A stretch of DNA of 64,000 nt. Origin: Oscillospiraceae bacterium. GTDB taxonomy: Bacteria; Bacillota; Clostridia; Oscillospirales; Ruminococcaceae. The translations under genes and the position numbers were made by a program. The stretch spans positions 1,545-65,544 of the forward strand of contig JAIEDQ010000058.1 in NCBI GenBank assembly GCA_029067895.1, read 5' to 3'. The number at the start of each line of letters is the position of its first letter. Position 1 is the stretch's first letter. The notes under the pieces are model-generated. The model saw only the letters and a program-made list of their open reading frames with translations. It searched no databases and was not told the DNA's origin. Shown here piece by piece: positions 25,977-35,834 of the stretch.

Positions 25977-27041
25977 CTAACTCCTTAAAAAAATTCTTGC
26001 AGCCTGCTCTGCCATTTCGGGCAGTTCCTCGATCGGCTGTATGCACATCAGCAGGTCTGCCACATAAAAAACCATTACCACTATCATGCTCCAGGACGTA
26101 ATGAGAATGGGGAACGTGCGCTTTTTGTGATAGGCAGTATAAGCGGGCAGCTTCATTTCTCCCGAAATTATCTCCGAGACAAACACAACCAGTCCCACAA
26201 TAAGGAAAACAGGCAGAGTGATCACGGTCAACGCAAAGGAGATATCCTCGCTGAAGTAATCCACAACAGTCTGCACCGAAGCTATAACGTTTGCCGCCAT
26301 ATGACATATTATTGACGGAATTATTGAACCCGTCTTTATTGTGATCATCGCCATGGGTATTCCCAGCAGGAAGCCCAGCACAAACTGATAGGGATTTCCG
26401 TGCATAATGCCGAAAATAAATGCCGATAAAAATATGGCGAACCGCTGGCTTATTTTGGCGGTACAGCGAAGCACTATTCCACGAAAGACAAGCTCCTCGC
26501 CTATGGGAGCAAGAATGATCGTAGAGAATACGTCCACCGCGTAGACCGCGGGCGTATGCTCCCGAACATAGTTCATTCCCGCAACTTCCAGTCCCAGAGA
26601 ATAAAGTCCGTTTGACATGATAAATGATAAGATGACCGACAGCTGCTGAAGAAAAAGCACTATTATCACATATTTTGCAATCTCTTTGCCGTTCAGCTTA
26701 TTCGTTCTGAAAAGCTCCTTGGGATTGTAGCGGGACAGAGCACAGTACCCCGCAAAAACAAGCATTGCGGTAAGCGCGGGAAAGCACCAGCCTACGATCG
26801 TGTCCGCGAACTTGTAGATGGCTTGACCGTACTCGTTGTATTCCATTTCGCCTCTGAAAAGCTTGCTGCCCGCATAGTAAAAAACAAGTATAAGTATGTA
26901 CAGCGTCAGCAGGACTATGCCCACGGTGTTAAAGGTGCGGCGTATTTCTTTTTTCTCGTCTGCGGTAGTTTCGTCGTCATAGTACATCTGAGGAGGAAGC
27001 TGACCGTTGTTCAGCCCGTTTGGCTGTCCGTAATAATTCAT
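25977..27041 (-). CDS. CPBP-family (CAAX/Abi-type) intramembrane metalloprotease
   Basis: Motifs GEELVFRG, FGIMHG and CHMAANV. Start taken at MNYYGQ behind GGAGAG. The longer ORF (to 27251) overlaps lexA and encodes an R-rich, nonsense-looking N-terminus. Confidence 0.8.
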   Translation of the reverse strand: MNYYGQPNGLNNGQLPPQMYYDDETTADEKKEIRRTFNTVGIVLLTLYILILVFYYAGSKLFRGEMEYNEYGQAIYKFADTIVGWCFPALTAMLVFAGYCALSRYNPKELFRTNKLNGKEIAKYVIIVLFLQQLSVILSFIMSNGLYSLGLEVAGMNYVREHTPAVYAVDVFSTIILAPIGEELVFRGIVLRCTAKISQRFAIFLSAFIFGIMHGNPYQFVLGFLLGIPMAMITIKTGSIIPSIICHMAANVIASVQTVVDYFSEDISFALTVITLPVFLIVGLVVFVSEIISGEMKLPAYTAYHKKRTFPILITSWSMIVVMVFYVADLLMCIQPIEELPEMAEQAARIFLRS

Positions 27042-27064
27042 ATCATCTCTCCGATTTTTAAAGC

Positions 27065-27643
27065 TTAAAGGTAGCGTATTACTGCCGCGATCTTTCCGAT
27101 TATTTCGCACTCGTCCACGATAATGGGATCCATAGTGTCGTTTTCGGGCTGGAGGCGGTAGTGACCGTTCTCCTTGTAAAAGGTCTTGACGGTAGCCTCT
27201 TCTCCGTTTACCATAGCGGCGACGATATCGCCGTTTTGTGCGGTGGAGCATTTCTCCACAACAACGATATCTCCGTCAAGGATAGCCGCGTTAATCATGC
27301 TCTCGCCGCGGACTTTAAGGGCAAAAAGCTCTCCCGTATAGTTTTTCTGCTCGTGGAAATTGATGTAGTCCGTGATGTCCTCCACCGCGGTAATGGGCTG
27401 ACCCGCCGTGATAGTACCAACCAAGGGTATTTTCACTGCGCCCTTTCCCGCAAGCTTTATGGCGCGGTTGCAGCCGTCAACCTTTTCAAGGTATCCCTCC
27501 GCAACAAGGGAATTGACGTACCTTGCCGCCGTGGAGGTGGAGTGTATGTCAAGAGCTGCGCATATCTCCCGTATTGACGGAGCAAAGCCGTCCTCCATTC
27601 GGTTCTTGATGTACTCGAAAACCCGCTTTTCCTTTTCGTTCAT
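27065..27643 (-). CDS. lexA: LexA repressor (S24 peptidase)
   Basis: wHTH N-terminus (APSIREICAAL...), AG cleavage site in VGTITAGQPI, catalytic GESM...K. Confidence 0.9.
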   Translation of the reverse strand: MNEKEKRVFEYIKNRMEDGFAPSIREICAALDIHSTSTAARYVNSLVAEGYLEKVDGCNRAIKLAGKGAVKIPLVGTITAGQPITAVEDITDYINFHEQKNYTGELFALKVRGESMINAAILDGDIVVVEKCSTAQNGDIVAAMVNGEEATVKTFYKENGHYRLQPENDTMDPIIVDECEIIGKIAAVIRYL

Positions 27644-27672
27644 TTAAACCATCCTTTCTGTGAATTTCTTCC

Positions 27673-29070
27673 CTATCGGGAGTATTTTTCGCTCAGTAAT
27701 TCCAGTATTCTTCTTGCCGCCTTGTTCACGTCCCCGCAGCCAAGAGTAACGATCAGATCGCCCTCCTCCGCGTTTTCGCAGACGTACTGCGACACAAGCT
27801 CTATGCTCTCGTCGTGCTCCCTGTCGAAGCAGACCGAACCGTTTATTTTGTCCGCCAATGCGGAAGCGGTTATTCCCGACGTGTTTACCTCTCTGCCGCC
27901 CATTATGGACGTAAGAACGACCTTGTCGGCAATGGAAAGAGCCTTTGCAAAGTCGTCAAGCAGAAGCTCCGTCCTCGAAAAGGTAAAGGGCTGATGTACC
28001 GCCCATACTCTTTTGAAGCCAAGCTTTACCGCCGATTCAAGAGTAGCTGCGATCTCCGCAGGGTGGTGACCGTAATCGTCCACAACTGTAATACCGCCCG
28101 CCTCGCCGTATTTTTCAAACCGTCTGCCCGCGCCTTTAAAGCTTTCCAGACCCTTGGCTATCCACTCGGGAGAAGCTCCCGCGTAATCCGCAGCCGCAGC
28201 CGCAGCGACAGCATTAACAATGTTATGCTCGCCGGGAACGTGCAGGGTAACAGTGCAGAACAGCTTTCCGTCCCGCATAATATCAAAGGAGGTCTCCATG
28301 CCGCCGATGTGCTTTATGTTGGCAGGATACCATTTATTGCTTTCCGACCTGCCGAATGTGATTATCCTGCCTTTGTTAAGACCCTCCACGGCTTTCATGG
28401 AATTTTCGTCGTCCCCGTTGATGATAACGGTGCTGTCGGCATTTTCACAGAATTTGCGGAACGACTTTATGATATTGTCAAGATTTTTGAAATAGTCCAG
28501 ATGATCCTCGTCAACGTTCAGCACCACCGCCGCCGAGGTTTTAAGATTGAGAAAATGATCCTGAAACTCGCAGGCTTCGCACACCATGATATCGCTTTTT
28601 CCCGCTATGCCGCTGCCGTGGATAAGCGGAAGCTTTCCGCCTATCACCGCGCTTATGTCAAGTCCCTGCATGACAAGTATTTGAGTTATCATGGAGGTAA
28701 CGGTGGTCTTGCCGTGAGTGCCGCTTACGCAGATGGTGTTCCCGAACTGCTCTGTAAGGATACCTAAAAGCTGACTTCTTTCCAGCACGGTGGCACCGCT
28801 GTTTTTTGCGGCGATAAGCTCGGGGTTGTCGGGCAGGATAGCCGCCGTGTGGACTATCAGATCAGCGTCCCCGATATTCTCCGCCCGCTGACCCAGATAC
28901 ACGGGAATGCCCATATTGCGGACAGCCTGTAAGGTCTCTGTCTCGTTGTTGTCCGAGCCTGTCAGATAGTACCCCTTTGAATGGAGTATCTGCGCCAACG
29001 GATACATTCCGCTTCCGCCTATGCCGATAAAGTGGATATGTCGGCTGTTATTTATAATTTGTTTATCCAA
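27673..29070 (-). CDS. murC: UDP-N-acetylmuramate--L-alanine ligase
   Basis: HFIGIGGSGMYPLAQIL, GTHGKTT and the Mur ligase middle and C-terminal blocks. 465 aa. Confidence 0.95.
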   Translation of the reverse strand: MDKQIINNSRHIHFIGIGGSGMYPLAQILHSKGYYLTGSDNNETETLQAVRNMGIPVYLGQRAENIGDADLIVHTAAILPDNPELIAAKNSGATVLERSQLLGILTEQFGNTICVSGTHGKTTVTSMITQILVMQGLDISAVIGGKLPLIHGSGIAGKSDIMVCEACEFQDHFLNLKTSAAVVLNVDEDHLDYFKNLDNIIKSFRKFCENADSTVIINGDDENSMKAVEGLNKGRIITFGRSESNKWYPANIKHIGGMETSFDIMRDGKLFCTVTLHVPGEHNIVNAVAAAAAADYAGASPEWIAKGLESFKGAGRRFEKYGEAGGITVVDDYGHHPAEIAATLESAVKLGFKRVWAVHQPFTFSRTELLLDDFAKALSIADKVVLTSIMGGREVNTSGITASALADKINGSVCFDREHDESIELVSQYVCENAEEGDLIVTLGCGDVNKAARRILELLSEKYSR

Positions 29071-29266
29071 AAATTACACCCCGCATATTTTTGTTTCAGA
29101 AATAGTTAAAAAATTTTAAAAATAATCTGCTATACTATAGGATAGCGGCATACATATTATCGGCAAATTTTTATTTTTCATACTGAATATTTTACCATTA
29201 AATGTTTAATAATATGTTTGTAGTTAAGTATACCGCAAATGTCAATTATTAAGGAGGACGTTTCTA

Positions 29267-29563
29267 ATGAACATCACAGACATTAAGATCAGGAAAATTA
29301 TACCTGAGGGCAGACTCAGGGCGGTTATTTCCATCACCATCGACAATATGCTCGCCGTACACGACATCAAGGTCGTTCAGGGTGATGAAAGACTGTTCGT
29401 TGCAATGCCCAGCAGGAAGGATGAAAGCGGAATTTTCAGGGATATCGTTCACCCGATCTCTCCCGACGCCCGCAAGCTTGTTGAGGACGAGATCCTCGAA
29501 GCTTACACCCGCCATATAGAGCAGATGCAGGCAGAAGCAGAAGCAGAGGAAGCAGGTTTCTAA
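29267..29563 (+). CDS. spoVG: Septation protein SpoVG
   Basis: MNITDIKIRKI...RLRAVISITIDNMLAVHDIKVVQG...FVAMPSRK is the canonical SpoVG sequence. Confidence 0.95.
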   Translation: MNITDIKIRKIIPEGRLRAVISITIDNMLAVHDIKVVQGDERLFVAMPSRKDESGIFRDIVHPISPDARKLVEDEILEAYTRHIEQMQAEAEAEEAGF

Positions 29564-29616
29564 GGCGGGGAGCCCCCGCCGGCATATTTGCTTCTTCAAA
29601 GCGATACCGCACTTGA

Positions 29617-29654
29617 CTTTACCCGACCCGCTAAAAGGTCGGGTAAAGTTTTTT
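29617..29654 (+). terminator. spoVG terminator
   Basis: CTTTACCCGACC-8 nt-GGTCGGGTAAAG followed by TTTTTT. Confidence 0.8.
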
Positions 29655-29661
29655 ATGCCTT

Positions 29662-30198
29662 TTACTTGCCAAGTATCCTTGCCGCTTTAAGGATCGCGCA
29701 CTGAGTTTTCGCGTCGGGGAGCTTTCCGTCCATGACCATCTGAACGGCGTCCTCAAGCTTTACCTTTATCACATCGAGAAATTCGTCCTCGTCAAGGGAT
29801 TGGGACTGATAGGTCAGACCCGTTGCAAGGTACATATGGATTTTCTCGGTGAGGTACGCCACGGAGGGATAGCACACTCCAAGATACTCAAACTTTTCGC
29901 AGACCATGCCCGTCTCCTCCCGAAGTTCTCTCAGACCCGCCTCGCGGTGATCTTCGCCGAACTCCAGCTTGCCCGCAGGAAGCTCGGTAAGAACTTCCTG
30001 AAAGGGATATCTGAACTGCTTTACCATAAGTATCTCGCCCTCGTCTGTAATAGGAACGACGCATACTCCGCCCGGGTGTACAACCAGTTCGCGGCTAACG
30101 ACCTCGCCGTTTTCAAGCTCGGCTTGGTCTTTTTTTACTGTGATGATTTTTCCGTCGAAAATAAGCTCGGAGCTTACTGTTTTTTCAAAAAGGTGCAT
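29662..30198 (-). CDS. NUDIX hydrolase (ADP-ribose pyrophosphatase-like)
   Basis: Nudix box GKLEFGEDHREAGLRELREETG. Start at MHLFEK behind GGAGG. Confidence 0.85.
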   Translation of the reverse strand: MHLFEKTVSSELIFDGKIITVKKDQAELENGEVVSRELVVHPGGVCVVPITDEGEILMVKQFRYPFQEVLTELPAGKLEFGEDHREAGLRELREETGMVCEKFEYLGVCYPSVAYLTEKIHMYLATGLTYQSQSLDEDEFLDVIKVKLEDAVQMVMDGKLPDAKTQCAILKAARILGK

Positions 30199-30490
30199 AC
30201 TGAGACCTCCGTTCAAAAATTGCACAACAAATGTTCTGTTTTTAACATTATAACACATTGTTTTCCGTTTAACAAGGGGTCGGGAGGTATTTTTTTATAT
30301 TTTTTCACAAAAATTGCAAAATCTATTGTAAAGAAGCGGAAAAGCATTTATAATAAAGATGTATATAAGTTTGAAAAATCTTCGATTTTTCAAACTGCGA
30401 GTTTTGTTTTCCTCGCTGACACTCGGAATTTTGCTGACGCAAAACCACAAAACTCGCTAAAAAGGAGGACACATTTTCCTTAAAGGGAAA

Positions 30491-33265
30491 ATGGTCATAT
30501 CTAAAAATCAACAACGGAGGTTCGCTTTGAAAAATTCACAGATATCGCTGAAATTCAGCTTCAGAAATCTTCTTATAAACAAGGGGATATACCTTTTCGC
30601 GTTCTTTATCCCCATGATAGTACTGCTGGTGTCCTACTTTATTTTCGGTATCTATCCGTTCGGGGACGAGTCCGTGCTGGTGCTTGACCTGAGCGGTCAG
30701 TACGTTTACTATTACGAAAATCTAAGAGACGCTTTCTGGGGGAACGGCAGCTTCGTAAACAGCTGGAGCCGCAACCTTACGGGAGAAACAATGGGTATCT
30801 TTGCCTACTATCTGGCAAGTCCGTTCACCATTATTATAATGCTCCTGCCCCGCTCAATAATGACCACCTCCCTGCTTATCATGCAGATGCTAAAGGTCGG
30901 CTCGGCTTCGGTAACGTTCTGTATGTACCTGCGGAAGTCCAAAAATACCGCGCCCTATACCGCGCTTATTTTTTCCATTTTGTACAGTCTTATGGCGTAC
31001 ATGATAGTACAGCTTATGGATCCCATGTGGCTGGACGGTCTTATCTACCTCCCCATAATCTGTCTGGGAATAGAACGTCTTGTCGACAAGGGAGAATGGC
31101 TGCTGTTCATAATTCCACTTGCGCTGATGTTTATAGCGAATTTTTACATCGGTTGGATGATAGCAATTTTCTGCTGTCTGTACTTTATCGCGTACTACTT
31201 TTTTATCGCAAAGGATACTCTTCCCTTCCATTTCAAGCATATGCTTTTGTCGGGCGTTAAATTCGCCTGCGGAGGAGTTATAGCGGCAGTCTGCGCGGCA
31301 TGGCTGCTCATACCCCTTTACTACAGCCTCAGTCTGGGCAAATTTGAGTTTTCCGACCCAAGCTACGAAATGAAAACCCAGTTTGACTTCGCGGACTTTT
31401 TCATGAACATTCTCCCCAATGTTTACGATACCTGCCGTCCCGAGGGCTCGCCTGTTGTCTACTGCGGAGTAATAACAATACTGCTTATTCCGCTTTATTT
31501 CTTTAACAACAACATCAAGCTGCGTCAGAAGATAGGCTTCGGACTTCTCACCCTGTCGGTGATACTGTCCATGTATATGTCTACCGTCGATTTGGTATGG
31601 CACGGCTTTCAGGTACCCAACTGGCTGCCCTACAGATACTCGTTCACCATCAGCTTCCTTATGCTTGTCATGGCGGCGCAGGCTTTCGAGCGTATAGAGG
31701 GAATAAGCTTCAAGGAAATAGGCGGAGTATTTTTCCTGCTTGCGGCATACGTTTTTTACCTTGACAAGCAGAACCCCACCGTATCCGCAAACGGCAAGGA
31801 TATCGAAAAAATGAATATCCTTGCGACGGTATGGTTTACCATACTTATGGCAGGACTTTACGCGCTGATGCTGTACCTCCAGAAAAAGCACTACAAGGTA
31901 AAGCCCGTACCTATTGCAATAGCGATACTTGTTATCGCGGAAATGACGGTAACGTCCGCCTACACCATGTACAAGATCGACAAGGACGTCGTGTACTCCA
32001 AATACAGCTCCTACAACAGATACATCACCCTCGGACGGAACACCGTGGAGAAAATATACGAAATGGACGACAGCCCCATATACAGGATAGAAAAAAATTT
32101 CCACCGCACCGTAAACGACCCTATGGCTTTCGGCTCATTCGGACTTTCCCATTCAAGCTCCACCCTTAACGCCGCGCCCATACAGTTTCTGCGAAACTTA
32201 GGCTTTTCATACGGCGGACACTACATCAAGTACAAGGGCGCGACTTATGTTACCGACGCTATCTTTGGAATAAAATACGTTATGGAAAAGGGAACTGCCC
32301 CTCAGCCCGACGAGAACGGGGTAACGCCTCCTCCCGACGTTGAGAAGTCAAAGCACTACGATAACCTTGTGCTTGCAAACGGCGACAAAAAGGAGATAAT
32401 GTACGTTTACGAAAATCCCTATGCCCTGCCCGTTGCTTTCATGGCGGACGAGTCCATAGCAGACCTCAGCTTTGATTCATGGGAAAACCCCTTTGAAAAC
32501 CAGAACAAGCTTCTGTCTGCGCTTCTGTCCGACGAGTACCGGGAATTTTTCAAGCGGATAGAGGACTACGAGATCGTCCCCGAAAATGCAAAACCGTCAA
32601 CCTACGGAACTCACACAAAATATGTGCCGAGAATAGACGGCGAGAACTCCCATATCGAGTTTATCTTTGACGCTCCCACGGACGATATGATCTATATGTA
32701 TTTCCCCTCCCAGTATGAGCGGGAGGTGAACCTGTGGCTCAACAAGGATTTTGTGGACTACTACTACGAGGCGGGAAGAATGTGCATTCAGCCGCTGGGG
32801 AAATTCAATGCGGGCGAGGAGCTTTCCTTTATCACCACAATTACCGAGAAAAAGAAAGAGGTTCTTTTCAAGGAGAATTATTTCTACTACCTTGACGAGG
32901 AAATGTTCCGCGAAGCTATAGACGAGCTGAAGCGTCAGCCCCTTGAGGTAGAAAGCTTCAAGGAGGATCATCTCAAGGGTACGGTAACTGCCGAAAAGGA
33001 CGGCATACTGTTTACCACAATTTCTTGGGAGCCCGGCTGGACTGTTCTGGTGGACGGCGTAAAGACCGAGCCTGTCAAGGTTGCAAACGACGCGCTTGTC
33101 GGCATTCCAATGAGCGCGGGAACTCATACCGTGGAAATGAAATTCTTCCCCAAGGGACTTGCTCTCGGACTTGCAGTATCGCCCATCGGAATACTTGCAG
33201 TCGTCCTGATAGGACTTTATGAACGCAGGAACCGCAAAGTAATGCTTAACAGAATTTACGAATAA
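30491..33265 (+). CDS. YfhO-family polytopic membrane protein (probable glycosyltransferase for cell-envelope polymers)
   Basis: About 14 TM helices plus a large C-terminal extracytoplasmic domain. The N-terminus FIPMIVLLVSYFIFGIYPFGDESVLVLDLSGQYVYYY is typical of YfhO. A TTG at 30527 behind GGAGG is the more likely start. Confidence 0.75.
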   Translation: MVISKNQQRRFALKNSQISLKFSFRNLLINKGIYLFAFFIPMIVLLVSYFIFGIYPFGDESVLVLDLSGQYVYYYENLRDAFWGNGSFVNSWSRNLTGETMGIFAYYLASPFTIIIMLLPRSIMTTSLLIMQMLKVGSASVTFCMYLRKSKNTAPYTALIFSILYSLMAYMIVQLMDPMWLDGLIYLPIICLGIERLVDKGEWLLFIIPLALMFIANFYIGWMIAIFCCLYFIAYYFFIAKDTLPFHFKHMLLSGVKFACGGVIAAVCAAWLLIPLYYSLSLGKFEFSDPSYEMKTQFDFADFFMNILPNVYDTCRPEGSPVVYCGVITILLIPLYFFNNNIKLRQKIGFGLLTLSVILSMYMSTVDLVWHGFQVPNWLPYRYSFTISFLMLVMAAQAFERIEGISFKEIGGVFFLLAAYVFYLDKQNPTVSANGKDIEKMNILATVWFTILMAGLYALMLYLQKKHYKVKPVPIAIAILVIAEMTVTSAYTMYKIDKDVVYSKYSSYNRYITLGRNTVEKIYEMDDSPIYRIEKNFHRTVNDPMAFGSFGLSHSSSTLNAAPIQFLRNLGFSYGGHYIKYKGATYVTDAIFGIKYVMEKGTAPQPDENGVTPPPDVEKSKHYDNLVLANGDKKEIMYVYENPYALPVAFMADESIADLSFDSWENPFENQNKLLSALLSDEYREFFKRIEDYEIVPENAKPSTYGTHTKYVPRIDGENSHIEFIFDAPTDDMIYMYFPSQYEREVNLWLNKDFVDYYYEAGRMCIQPLGKFNAGEELSFITTITEKKKEVLFKENYFYYLDEEMFREAIDELKRQPLEVESFKEDHLKGTVTAEKDGILFTTISWEPGWTVLVDGVKTEPVKVANDALVGIPMSAGTHTVEMKFFPKGLALGLAVSPIGILAVVLIGLYERRNRKVMLNRIYE

Positions 33266-33300
33266 CCTTTTACAAAGACTTAAAGAGAGGAACTGATATT

Positions 33301-33705
33301 ATGGCAAACAATTCAAACAGCGGCTATGAAACTATCTGGACTGACAAAAAGCGCACTCTTTTCGGACTTCCCCTTTCGTTCACAAGATATATCCTTACCG
33401 AGAAAAAATTCATTACCCGCAAAGGCTTTCTGTCCATTACCGAGGACGAGATAGAGCTTTACCGCGTGGTGGACAAGAGCCTGCGCCTGCCCTTCGGACA
33501 GAGACTGTTCGGCTGCGGAACGGTGGTCATCAACTGCCGCGACACAGATACTCCCGTGAAAGAGGTTGTCTCCATCAAAAAACCGAGGGACTTCATGAAT
33601 ATCTTTGAAAAGCAGGTGGATATCCAGCGGGACAAATACCGCACCCGCGGCAGGGATATGATAGCGTCCGATATGCATATCGACTGCGACCACGACGAGG
33701 ACTGA
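33301..33705 (+). CDS. Bacterial PH-domain (bPH_2/YdbS-like) protein
   Basis: The pattern ...RYILTEKKFITRKGFLSITEDEIELYRVVD... is typical of bPH domains. Weak, memory-based call. Confidence 0.5.
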   Translation: MANNSNSGYETIWTDKKRTLFGLPLSFTRYILTEKKFITRKGFLSITEDEIELYRVVDKSLRLPFGQRLFGCGTVVINCRDTDTPVKEVVSIKKPRDFMNIFEKQVDIQRDKYRTRGRDMIASDMHIDCDHDED

Positions 33706-33708
33706 TCC

Positions 33709-34779
33709 ATGCTCGACTTTATCACCGAAAAAACCGACTGCTGGGACTATCTGAAAAGCACCGACCTGCCTGTGTTCATTTACGGCATGGGGGACGGGGC
33801 GTTAAAGATAATGCGTGTTTTCGAGCAGTACCGCATACCTCTTGCGGGCTTTTTCGCAAGCGATGAATTTGTCCGCGGACATACCTTTCAGGGACATTTA
33901 GTTCATACCCTTTCTCAGATAGAAGCGCTTATTGACGACTTTGTTATTGTCCTTGCATTTGCGGCGGGGTATCAAAGCCTTTACGACAGGATAAACGAAA
34001 TTGCAAAGCGGCACATTCTCCTTGCCCCCGACGTTCCCGTCGCGGGGGAGGGCTTGTTCACCTATGCCTACTGTATGGAAAATGGGTCGAAGATTCAGGC
34101 GGTCTATGATATGCTTGCGGACGAAAAATCCCGTCAGACCTACGCGGACGTGCTGAATTTCAAGATCAGCGGCAAGATAGATTACTTGAACAAATGCACG
34201 TCCCCGAAAGAGGAGATTTACGGCGAAATTATCCCTCTCGGCAATGAAGAAGTTTTCGCGGATTTAGGTGCGTACAACGGCGACACCGCGGCGGAATTTA
34301 TTGAAGCCTGCGGAGAAAAATTCCGGCACATTTATGCCTTTGAGCCTAACCCGAAAAATTTTCGGAAGCTTACAAAAAATCTTCCCGACAGCGACAAAAT
34401 CACGCTCTTCAACGCCGCGGCGGGACGTGAAAACGGCGTTGTAAAAATTTCCGCAAACGAGGGCAGAATGTCCCGCGAAAACGGTTCGGGAAAGAACGTG
34501 GAGATACCAGTTCTTGCGGTGGATAATGCGGTCAGGGAGGACGTTACGGTGCTGAAGCTTGACGTTGAGGGCGGCGAGCGGGAGGCGTTATTGGGCGCAC
34601 GCCGTCACATTGAAAACGGCGCGAAAATACTCTGCTCCCTTTACCACAGAAACGAGGATATGTTCGACTTGCCTTTGCTGATAAAAAGCATTAATCCCGA
34701 ACTGAAATTTTACGTCAGACACCAGCTTTATATTCCCGCATGGGAGACGAATTTGTACGCAGTACCCAAAGGAGAATAA
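33709..34779 (+). CDS. FkbM-family SAM-dependent methyltransferase
   Basis: FADLGAYNGDTAAEF, YAFEPNPKNF and VLKLDVEGGEREAL blocks. Confidence 0.75.
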   Translation: MLDFITEKTDCWDYLKSTDLPVFIYGMGDGALKIMRVFEQYRIPLAGFFASDEFVRGHTFQGHLVHTLSQIEALIDDFVIVLAFAAGYQSLYDRINEIAKRHILLAPDVPVAGEGLFTYAYCMENGSKIQAVYDMLADEKSRQTYADVLNFKISGKIDYLNKCTSPKEEIYGEIIPLGNEEVFADLGAYNGDTAAEFIEACGEKFRHIYAFEPNPKNFRKLTKNLPDSDKITLFNAAAGRENGVVKISANEGRMSRENGSGKNVEIPVLAVDNAVREDVTVLKLDVEGGEREALLGARRHIENGAKILCSLYHRNEDMFDLPLLIKSINPELKFYVRHQLYIPAWETNLYAVPKGE

Positions 34780-34781
34780 TC

Positions 34782-35549
34782 ATGATAACCGAAGCGTTTG
34801 ACAATAAATCCAAAGCAATAATAAATCCCATCATAAATGAAAATGCGCCTGCTGTTGACGCGTGTATCCTCACATTTTCGGAGAAAATAGAAAAATTTGT
34901 GACAGAGAATTATGACTGCAAGCAAATCGGCACATTCCGCTTTGCGACGGGAGATACCCCCGTATATCAGATCGACTGTGCGGGAAAGAAAATTGCTTTC
35001 TACAAAACTTATGTGGGCGCTCCCGCCTGTGTGGGAACGGTGGAGGACAGTCTGTCGATAATAAAAACGAAAAAATATGTTGTATTCGGAGGGGCGGGCT
35101 GTCTGGACAAGGAAATAGCCCACGGAAAAATAATGATACCCACCGAAGCTTATCGGGACGAGGGTACGTCCTATCACTATATGCCCGCTTCCGATTATGT
35201 AACTGTAAAAAATTCGGATATCGTTGCGGAATTTATGAGCAAAAACGGTATCCCCTATGTTAAGGGAAAGACATGGACTACCGATTCGTTTTACAGGGAG
35301 ACCGTCAATAATTTTGAAAAGCATAAGGCGGACGGCTGTATTTCGGTTGAAATGGAGTGCGCGGGCTTGCAGGCGATGTGCGATTTCAGAGGTTTGGAGC
35401 TGTACACATTTTTTACAAGCGCAGACCTGCTGGACGCTCCCGAATGGGACATGAGGCACAAAAAGGGCGAGATAAAGGGTACTCAGCACGACGCGGGATA
35501 TTTTGATATTGCTCTTGAGCTTGCGGTCTATGTTGCAGAACTTGAATAA
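34782..35549 (+). CDS. Nucleoside phosphorylase family protein (PNP/UDP-1 fold)
   Basis: Start at MITEAF behind AAAGGAG. The VEMECAGL block is characteristic of the family. Confidence 0.7.
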   Translation: MITEAFDNKSKAIINPIINENAPAVDACILTFSEKIEKFVTENYDCKQIGTFRFATGDTPVYQIDCAGKKIAFYKTYVGAPACVGTVEDSLSIIKTKKYVVFGGAGCLDKEIAHGKIMIPTEAYRDEGTSYHYMPASDYVTVKNSDIVAEFMSKNGIPYVKGKTWTTDSFYRETVNNFEKHKADGCISVEMECAGLQAMCDFRGLELYTFFTSADLLDAPEWDMRHKKGEIKGTQHDAGYFDIALELAVYVAELE

Positions 35550-35563
35550 CGGAGGAAATTAAA

Positions 35564-35827
35564 ATGGGCGAATTAAGCAAGCTTCCCAACATAGGCAAAA
35601 AGGTCGAAGAACAGCTTAATTCTGTGGATATTTTTACATACAGCGACCTGAAAAAATCCGGCGCGGAAAATGCGTGGCTGAAAATCCAGAGCATTGACAA
35701 GTCGGCGTGCATACACCGTCTGCTTGCGCTGGAGGGGGTTTTGCAGGGCGTGCCCAAAAAGCTGCTCCCCGAGAAGAGAAAAGCGCAGCTGAAAAGGTTT
35801 TACGAGGAACACAAGATGTACAAATAG
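35564..35827 (+). CDS. TfoX C-terminal domain protein
   Basis: LSKLPNIGKKVEEQLNSVDIFTYSDL (helix-hairpin-helix) and the 87 aa length. Confidence 0.6.
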   Translation: MGELSKLPNIGKKVEEQLNSVDIFTYSDLKKSGAENAWLKIQSIDKSACIHRLLALEGVLQGVPKKLLPEKRKAQLKRFYEEHKMYK

Positions 35828-35834
35828 TTTTAGA

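Noticed and set aside
27042-27251. N-terminal extension of the CPBP protease ORF overlapping lexA
   Set aside because: It gives an R/K-rich nonsense-like sequence and overlaps the lexA coding region. The internal Met (MNYYGQ) has a GGAGAG RBS 23 nt after the lexA stop.
27644-27800. SOS (Cheo) box GAAC-N4-GTTC upstream of lexA
   Set aside because: None was found by eye. The only GAACGTTC-like palindrome I noticed (about 48058) is the stem of a terminator hairpin and has no 4-nt spacer.
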